A DNA stretch of 40,847 bases from a virus. Positions 34,222 to 40,847 of this stretch are shown one piece after another (the first letter of the stretch is position 1; every line of letters starts with the position of its first letter). The translations under genes were made by a program, and so were the position numbers. The notes under the pieces are model-generated. The model saw nothing but the letters and a program-made list of their open reading frames with translations, made no database searches and was not told the origin of the DNA. Location: the UHGV virus genome UHGV-0390358. One strand, given 5' to 3'.

Positions 34222-36734
34222 TGCCAGTCGTACCAACAGTATCCGGCCGTCAGGTTCAGAGCCGTGGAGTTCAGTCAGCAGGCTTGCAGACGTTTTCTCA
34301 GCCAGGTATTGGTGATGCTTTTGTTCGGGCAGGGACAGAGGCAATTGATGTTTTTGGTCAGGCAAAACAGCGTGCCAATATCGCTCTGGCTCAGGAGGCA
34401 TCTCTTAACCTCAGTCAGATAAGCAGTGATCTGCTGAATAATCCTGAAACAGGATTGCTTAACCTGAAAGGGAAAAATGCTATTGGAAAAGGTCAGGAGT
34501 ATACGCAGCAGTTTGATGCTCAGGTCGAACAACTGGCTATGTCGCTGCCGGATGAACAGGCTCGTAATGCTTTCATGCAGCAGGCGCAGCAGCAGCGCAT
34601 TCAGTTCACTACGCAGGCAGGGCGGCACGAGATAGGGCAAATAAATGCCTACGAAGAAGGCCAGTTTCAGGCTACGCTGCTGAACAATGGTAAAAATGCC
34701 GCAGCATTGTATGGCGACAACGCCGCATACGTATTGGCTAATAAGCAAACTTTCCAGCAAATTGAGGATTACGGCATTGCACATGGCTGGAGTGACGAGC
34801 AAATCCAGGCCAAGAAAATCGAGTTTAAAGAGAAGGTTGCTGATGCTGCATTGTCCCAGTGGTCGGCAAACAATGCGACCGCATTCATCCAAAGTAATGG
34901 CGAGTTAAGTGATACTGCTGCTGGAGCTCGCCGTGCTGTAGCAGATAGTGACTCTTCCGAGCGTGCCCGTGGCATACGCAACAATAACCCAGGAAATCTC
35001 GAATACAGCAAAACTAATCCGTGGGTAGGCCAGACCGGTGATGATGGTCGATTTGCTAAATTCGAAACACCTGAACACGGGATTCGTGCATTAGGGCGGA
35101 ACCTGATGTCGTATCAGAGGCAGGGTATTGATACCGTCAGCGAGATAATTAATCGCTGGGCACCGCCTACTGATAAAAATGACACTATGTCGTATATCAA
35201 AGCAGTGTGCGAACAACTTGGCGTTTCTGCTGATGAGCCTCTCGATGCATCTAATCCTGATACCCTGAAGGCGCTTTGTGCAGCCATTATCCATCATGAG
35301 AACGGTAGCCAGCCATACAGTGATCAGCAGTTAACTGCTGGTGTCAGTGCAGCACTTGGTTTATCAACAATTCCAACCAACACCAAACGCTATACCGGTA
35401 ATGCAGCATTCGATGCGGCATCTCCTGAGGCGCAGGCAAGTTTTATGCGACAGGCGGATCAACTGCGTCGGCAGCAGCAGGCTGAATATAAAACGATGAT
35501 TGACAGCAAGGTTCGCGATGCGACAGCTGCGTATATGCGGGGCGTTGAATTTCCTAACCCACCTGGTGAGGCTGATTTTATTGCAGCTTATGGAGTCAGA
35601 GAAGGAAACCTGCGATATACCGAGTTCAGAAATACGCAAATCGCCGGACAGTATATAGGCTCTTTCCGCAACATGCCGACAAGCAGCATTACAGCATATG
35701 TTGAGCAATTACGCCCGGATACTGGTGAGACAGGGGAGGGTTATGCGGCACGAGCCGCTCTTTATGACAACGTTGTGTCGGCTGCAAGTCAGGTGATAAA
35801 GCAGCGACAGGCTGATCCTGTACAGTTCTCTCTTGCCGCCGGACAGGCAAAGCCTATCGACATGAGCAATAAGGATAACTTTGGACAGAGCGTTGCCTTG
35901 CGTGCTGCTCAGGTCAGTGACCTTGCTAAGTCATATGGCACTCCACTGACGTTCTTTTCCAAAGACGAGGCCAATCAGATCGGTGTTTTCTTTCGTGATG
36001 CTCCAGTTTCCCAACAGGCAGCATATCTCGATACCATCAGGCAGAGCACTGGTGGTGGGCAGGTGTATATGTCAGCACTACAGCAGATCAGTGCCAACGC
36101 TCCATCTGCTGCCGTTGCCGGGATACTGATGGACAAGCCTGGTGGTATTTTGGCAGAAAAAAACTGGTTTAATCCGGATGTTTCCGTGTCTCCTGAAACC
36201 GCTGCGCAGACAATTCTTACTGGCGCGGCGGCTCGTAAAGGTACTGATGATGCGAAAGGTATTCCGATGCCTAAAGATGCTGATCTTCGCCTTGAGTTTT
36301 CTGACATGGTGAAGGATGCATTTGCTGGTGATGCTCAGGGGGCATCAATGGCATACGAGATCGCAAAGGACTATTACGCTGGTGTGATGGCGAAAAAAGG
36401 CGTGATATCAGGCGAAATTGACACTGATATCTGGAAGCAGGCTGTTAACGTAGCTACAGGTGGCGTGCATGACTATAACGGAATGGGGAATGTCCTTTTG
36501 CCGTGGGGAATGTCTGCAGAGCAATTCGATAAGCAGGTTAATCAGGCTTGGAATGAACAAGTGGTCGGCACCGGGATAAAAACACCGCCTGGTCAGTATG
36601 GTTTGCAAAGTTACGGCGATAGTCAGTACCTGGTGAAACTTGGTACTGGTTATCTGCTGAAAGATGATGGTTCTCCTGTTGTTCTTGATCTGACACAGAA
36701 GCGTCAGAGATTCTCCGGAGATATTCCGCAATGA
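34221..36734 (+). CDS. Large internal (ejected) virion protein with conserved central domain; possible virion-associated peptidoglycan hydrolase
   Basis: ATG at 34221 with GGAGGA ribosome-binding site, overlapping previous stop; conserved-looking block RGIRNNNPGNLEYSKTNPWVGQ... that I cannot assign by eye. Confidence 0.5.
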   Translation: MPVVPTVSGRQVQSRGVQSAGLQTFSQPGIGDAFVRAGTEAIDVFGQAKQRANIALAQEASLNLSQISSDLLNNPETGLLNLKGKNAIGKGQEYTQQFDAQVEQLAMSLPDEQARNAFMQQAQQQRIQFTTQAGRHEIGQINAYEEGQFQATLLNNGKNAAALYGDNAAYVLANKQTFQQIEDYGIAHGWSDEQIQAKKIEFKEKVADAALSQWSANNATAFIQSNGELSDTAAGARRAVADSDSSERARGIRNNNPGNLEYSKTNPWVGQTGDDGRFAKFETPEHGIRALGRNLMSYQRQGIDTVSEIINRWAPPTDKNDTMSYIKAVCEQLGVSADEPLDASNPDTLKALCAAIIHHENGSQPYSDQQLTAGVSAALGLSTIPTNTKRYTGNAAFDAASPEAQASFMRQADQLRRQQQAEYKTMIDSKVRDATAAYMRGVEFPNPPGEADFIAAYGVREGNLRYTEFRNTQIAGQYIGSFRNMPTSSITAYVEQLRPDTGETGEGYAARAALYDNVVSAASQVIKQRQADPVQFSLAAGQAKPIDMSNKDNFGQSVALRAAQVSDLAKSYGTPLTFFSKDEANQIGVFFRDAPVSQQAAYLDTIRQSTGGGQVYMSALQQISANAPSAAVAGILMDKPGGILAEKNWFNPDVSVSPETAAQTILTGAAARKGTDDAKGIPMPKDADLRLEFSDMVKDAFAGDAQGASMAYEIAKDYYAGVMAKKGVISGEIDTDIWKQAVNVATGGVHDYNGMGNVLLPWGMSAEQFDKQVNQAWNEQVVGTGIKTPPGQYGLQSYGDSQYLVKLGTGYLLKDDGSPVVLDLTQKRQRFSGDIPQ

Positions 36735-38533
36735 GTTACTTTGGCCTTAATCCAGTAAACCAGAATCAGCAACTTGACGAAGCAGCATCAAATCCAGCGG
36801 GCTTTAACAGCGATGTTGGTTTTTTCGACAATGCTGTAGGAGCGGCATTGTCTGGTTTGTACTCCGGGCTGGTGGCAAAGCCAGATCAGTTGCTATGGGC
36901 AGGGATGGATAAAATCGTATCCCCGATTGCTCAGTTTATTAACGAAAACACCTCGCTCAATGATACTTCAGTTTCATACATTGCCGAGCAGAGAAAACTA
37001 GCAGAGCAGCAGGTTAAGCGGCTGACGCCTGATGCCGCGACAACCGGAACCGCCGGGCAGGTTCTTTATGGGTTGTTCGATATGGGCGGGCAGGCTGTTG
37101 TCGGTACAACGCTCGGTGGTCCTGTCGGAGGTGCAGCGGCGGTAACTTCGCTACAGGGTTTTTCTGAGTTTGAACGGTTGACAGCACAGGGTGTTGATTT
37201 CAGGACGGCGCAGGAAGCGGGATTAGTGCAGGGCATTACTGCTGGTGCCGGAACACTGATCCCTATGAGCCTCGGGTTACGTGCTGGTGGTGCGCTGGCG
37301 GAAGGTGTGGCGGCTCAGCTTGCGCGGACGGGTGAGAGTTCAGTGCGACGCGCCGCAGCAACAGCAGTACGTGCAACGCCAGATATTGCCTATGCCGCAG
37401 GTACAAATATTGCGTTCGGTATGGCACAGCGTGGGCTTACTGCAAAAACACTTCGTGATGGTGGCTATAGCGAAATGGCTAACCAATATGATGTGTTGGA
37501 TCGACAGGCAATTGCTATTGATGCTGTTCTTGGGGTGGCGTTTGGTGGTGTCGGCAGATTTATTAACTCTCGCGGCGAGTCTACAAACGCACCAAATTTT
37601 TCACCAGTTGATATCGATGCTGCACTGGCGGCGAATGCCGCTCATCATGCTGAAATTGATATTGCGCCCGGCGTGCCGATCAACGTGCTTTCGCGCAATT
37701 CTCACATTCAGGCTCTGCGAAAAGCTATGTCTGATGTTAGCCAGGGGAGACCTGTAGACGTTGCCAGCATTGTTGAGTCTGCATCTTTCAGTGAAATTCC
37801 TGGGCGCAAGAGTCTGCTGTCTCAGGCAGTTAATGAGGCTCTGTCATCTGTAGATGATGGAGTAACGGCGCGCGCTATAGAAAATCGGTTGCTTGAAGAA
37901 CAGGCCGCGCAGCTTTTGCCGCGTGGAGATAGACAGGTTTACCAGTCTGAAATCGCTAATAGCCAACGAATTATTGAAAATCTCACTGAACAGCGTGCAC
38001 AAATTCTTGCAGAAGAGCCAACCGGTAGCGGTAAAGCTTTGTCTCGTGCTCGATCAGATAAACAGGCCAGACTTCGCGATATTGATCAACGAATCCGGCA
38101 GGCACAAGAACGCCTGGAATTTTCCCGTAACGCGTTGGCACCGCACGAGCCTGGCGGTCAGCTTTTTGAAGCTCGAGCAGAACTGGCTCGGAGACAGCAG
38201 GCAGAAAGTGAACTTAATGCTCAGGCTGTTTCATTCTATAAAACAGCAGAGGTCAGGACGCCAGACGAAGTAGCTCCTTTTGAGCCTGATAAAATATTGC
38301 AACAGGCAGAACAAAAAATGCTGTCAGATAAGGCAGGAGATATTGATCTGCGCATAGCTGAAGACTCGCTGCTTGAATCACCTGACATGATAATCACCGT
38401 GCTGGATGATGATGGTAATCCACAATCGCGCAGTGCGCGTGAAGTACTGGATGAAGCGAACAGGGAAAGTGAGCAGGCAATACAGGATTCCAGCCTGTTT
38501 GATGTCGCTGTGGCGTGTTTCTTGAGAGGTTAA
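36731..38533 (+). CDS. Internal virion protein
   Basis: 600 aa, Gly/Ala-rich, overlapping start. Confidence 0.45.
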   Translation: MSYFGLNPVNQNQQLDEAASNPAGFNSDVGFFDNAVGAALSGLYSGLVAKPDQLLWAGMDKIVSPIAQFINENTSLNDTSVSYIAEQRKLAEQQVKRLTPDAATTGTAGQVLYGLFDMGGQAVVGTTLGGPVGGAAAVTSLQGFSEFERLTAQGVDFRTAQEAGLVQGITAGAGTLIPMSLGLRAGGALAEGVAAQLARTGESSVRRAAATAVRATPDIAYAAGTNIAFGMAQRGLTAKTLRDGGYSEMANQYDVLDRQAIAIDAVLGVAFGGVGRFINSRGESTNAPNFSPVDIDAALAANAAHHAEIDIAPGVPINVLSRNSHIQALRKAMSDVSQGRPVDVASIVESASFSEIPGRKSLLSQAVNEALSSVDDGVTARAIENRLLEEQAAQLLPRGDRQVYQSEIANSQRIIENLTEQRAQILAEEPTGSGKALSRARSDKQARLRDIDQRIRQAQERLEFSRNALAPHEPGGQLFEARAELARRQQAESELNAQAVSFYKTAEVRTPDEVAPFEPDKILQQAEQKMLSDKAGDIDLRIAEDSLLESPDMIITVLDDDGNPQSRSAREVLDEANRESEQAIQDSSLFDVAVACFLRG

Positions 38534-38538
38534 ATTAA

Positions 38539-40847
38539 ATGAGACAGGAATGTATACAAGCGGTCCAGCAGGCGGCGCAGCGCACTTTAACGGCGCGAGA
38601 AATACAGAACATTGAAGACCGCATTTATCGAAATATGCGCTCCATTGCTCGTGATGACCCGATCTCGTGGCGACAACTTTCCGAATCAGAGCGGCTATAT
38701 CGAGCAGCACAATTGGCATCTGAAGAATTACAGCGAGAAGCGGCATTAAAGAAACGTCGTGTGGCTCTCACTATAGCCGCGCGTCAGAGATTGGATAAAT
38801 TTATCAATAGCTATCAAGGGGCTGATGGGAAACTTGGTGCTCTTAACCGTACTATAGCTTTTAATGCAGACGGTAAATCTAATTTCCTCTCTGTTGAATC
38901 CAGAACAAAAGCCACCCGTGATTATGCATTGAGTCAATTGCAGGAGGCATTCGAAGCAGTTGATCCTCGCTTTTTTGGTCTGTTTGAAGATGAAGCGGGC
39001 GTACGTGACCTGGTATATGAAATGCGGGGGCAAAATACTGGCAATGCTAAAGCAAGGAAAGGTGCTAAGGCGTGGAGAGAAGTTACAGAGCTGCTGCGCC
39101 GCCGGTTTAATGATGCTGGTGGGGACATTGGCTATCTCGAAAACTGGGGGATCCCTCAACATCATTCTATGGAAAAGGTTGGGGCGGTATCAAAGGATAA
39201 GTGGGTTAGCGATGTTATAGGTAAGCTGGATCGCAAATATTATACCCGAGCCGATGGACAACTGATGAACGATGCCGAGTTGTCTGAATTTCTTGGAGAG
39301 GCTTATAACACGATCGCTACTGGTGGGCTGAATAAGCTTACTGATACCGGAATGCGAATTTCCGGCGCACGTGCTAACCGTGGTAATGCATCACGACAGA
39401 TACATTTCAAAGATGCAGATTCCTATCTGCAATATCAGCAACTTTATGGCGATCGCTCTCTATGGGAAATCATGGTCGGTCACCTGGAAGGTATCAGTAA
39501 AGATATTGCACTGGTGGAAACATATGGCCCAAACCCCGATCATGTTTTCCGCTCTCTTCTTGATCAGGTGAAGGCAGAAACGGCAACAGCTAACCCGAGT
39601 AAAACCGGTAAAGTCGAGCGGCTGGCGAACAACACAGAGAATCTGTACAACTTTATTTCCGGAAAGACACAGCCTGTAGCGAATCCGCACATCGCGCGAT
39701 GGTCTGACAATATCCGCAACTGGCTGGTTGCCAGCAGACTCGGATCCGCGTTGCTGTCATCGTTCTCTGATCTTGGAACCATGTATCTGTCTGCGAAGGT
39801 TACCAACCTTCCAATGAACCAGTTATTCCGCAACCAGCTTGAAGCTATGGACCCAACGAACCGTACAGAACTTGCGCGGGCGCGCCGCGCTGGTCTGGCG
39901 ATGGAATCTCTACTTGGCAGCGTTAACCGCTGGGCGATGGATAATATGGGGCCGTCAGTGTCTCGTTGGGCGGCAACGGCGGTAATGCGTGCCAGTGGGC
40001 TTACAGCATGGTCAGATGCGCACAAGCGCGCCTATGGCGTAACCATGATGGGAAGCCTGGGAGAAGTAGTGTCACGGACACCAGACCTTCGTAGCCTCGA
40101 TGACTCTGATTTTCGTATCCTGAAAAGCAAAGGGATTACTGACACAGACTGGAGCGTATGGAAGCTGGCGAAACAGGAGGACTGGGGGAACGGTAATAAT
40201 ACGATGCTGACACCGGAAAGCATTATGCGTATCCCTGATTCAGCAGTTAAACATCTTGGTGAGCCTGAACGCGTGAAATTTGAGGCAATGCGTAAACTGC
40301 TCGGTGCCGTAACTGAAGAAGTTGATATGGCTGTTATTACACCGGGAGCACGTGAGCAACTGATAACCGGTTCTGGTATTCAGCGTGGAACATGGAAAGG
40401 TGAATTAACGAGAAGTGTTTTCCTGTTTAAATCGTTCCCTATCTCGGTTGTTATGCGTCACTGGTCACGCGCTATGGGTATGCCGTCTGCTGGTGGGCGT
40501 GCGGCATATATTGCGACGTTTATTGCCAGTACGACCATTCTTGGCGCTTTGTCGCAGCAACTTAACGACCTTGCGTCTGGTCGTAATCCTCGAGAGATGA
40601 CAGGAGAAGATGCCGCAAAATTCTGGCTTGGTGCTTTACTGAAAGGTGGTGGTCTTGGCCTTTACGGTGACTTTTTATTGTCAGATCACACTAGGTACGG
40701 AAGCGGCGCGCTGGCGTCGATGCTTGGCCCGGTAGCTGGTCTGGTTGATGACGTAGTGAAGATTGCTCAGGGCATACCGTTAAATGCTGTGGAAGGGAAG
40801 AGTGAGCAGACTGGTGGTGATCTGGTGAAGCTGGGGAAAGGTTTGAT
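38539..40847 (+). CDS. Large internal virion / DNA-injection protein (gp16-like), 3'-truncated by window end
   Basis: ATG at 38539; frame appears open to the window end (inferred partly from absence of long alternative-frame ORFs in the track). Confidence 0.5.
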   Translation, partial: MRQECIQAVQQAAQRTLTAREIQNIEDRIYRNMRSIARDDPISWRQLSESERLYRAAQLASEELQREAALKKRRVALTIAARQRLDKFINSYQGADGKLGALNRTIAFNADGKSNFLSVESRTKATRDYALSQLQEAFEAVDPRFFGLFEDEAGVRDLVYEMRGQNTGNAKARKGAKAWREVTELLRRRFNDAGGDIGYLENWGIPQHHSMEKVGAVSKDKWVSDVIGKLDRKYYTRADGQLMNDAELSEFLGEAYNTIATGGLNKLTDTGMRISGARANRGNASRQIHFKDADSYLQYQQLYGDRSLWEIMVGHLEGISKDIALVETYGPNPDHVFRSLLDQVKAETATANPSKTGKVERLANNTENLYNFISGKTQPVANPHIARWSDNIRNWLVASRLGSALLSSFSDLGTMYLSAKVTNLPMNQLFRNQLEAMDPTNRTELARARRAGLAMESLLGSVNRWAMDNMGPSVSRWAATAVMRASGLTAWSDAHKRAYGVTMMGSLGEVVSRTPDLRSLDDSDFRILKSKGITDTDWSVWKLAKQEDWGNGNNTMLTPESIMRIPDSAVKHLGEPERVKFEAMRKLLGAVTEEVDMAVITPGAREQLITGSGIQRGTWKGELTRSVFLFKSFPISVVMRHWSRAMGMPSAGGRAAYIATFIASTTILGALSQQLNDLASGRNPREMTGEDAAKFWLGALLKGGGLGLYGDFLLSDHTRYGSGALASMLGPVAGLVDDVVKIAQGIPLNAVEGKSEQTGGDLVKLGKGL

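Larger units (their letters stand above)
1..40847. mobile_element. Temperate phage / prophage genome segment: lambda-like early and replication module joined to a T7-like structural module, endosialidase tailspike
   Basis: Contiguous phage modules (integrase, repressor/Cro, O/P-like, TerS/TerL, portal, capsid, tail, lysis) with no recognisable host genes or junctions. Confidence 0.8.

Overview
The whole window reads as one temperate phage or prophage genome, not ordinary chromosome; no host flank, CRISPR array or rRNA is visible. All calls are by eye from the sequence and ORF track, with no database search or HMM run. Layout: accessory genes (1-4100: lipoprotein, an unassigned two-gene operon, a Bro-N/KilA-C antirepressor-like gene, a membrane zinc-ribbon protein, a LexA-box-controlled KilA-C gene); endosialidase tailspike (4111-7230, implying a K1 polysialic-acid-capsule host); lysis cassette (7537-9349); tyrosine integrase (9644-10894); leftward early operon (10898-14821: MT-A70 methyltransferase, AlpA-like, RecT, YqaJ-like exonuclease); immunity switch (tandem-HTH repressor 14975-15559, Cro-like 15714-15944); lambda O/P-like replication genes; a nin-like block; TerS/TerL; an antisense AT-rich moron and a phage-borne tRNA-Arg(UCU); then a T7-like structural module running off the window end. 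Most notable: (1) at least 14 copies of a palindrome TTACC-N5-GGTAA confined to intergenic regulatory regions, clustered around a repressor that lacks an autocleavage domain; (2) a near-consensus LexA box directly upstream of a stand-alone KilA-C gene, suggesting SOS-triggered antirepression; (3) several unassigned operator-controlled accessory modules that I cannot place in any family and that are the best candidates for an undescribed function.
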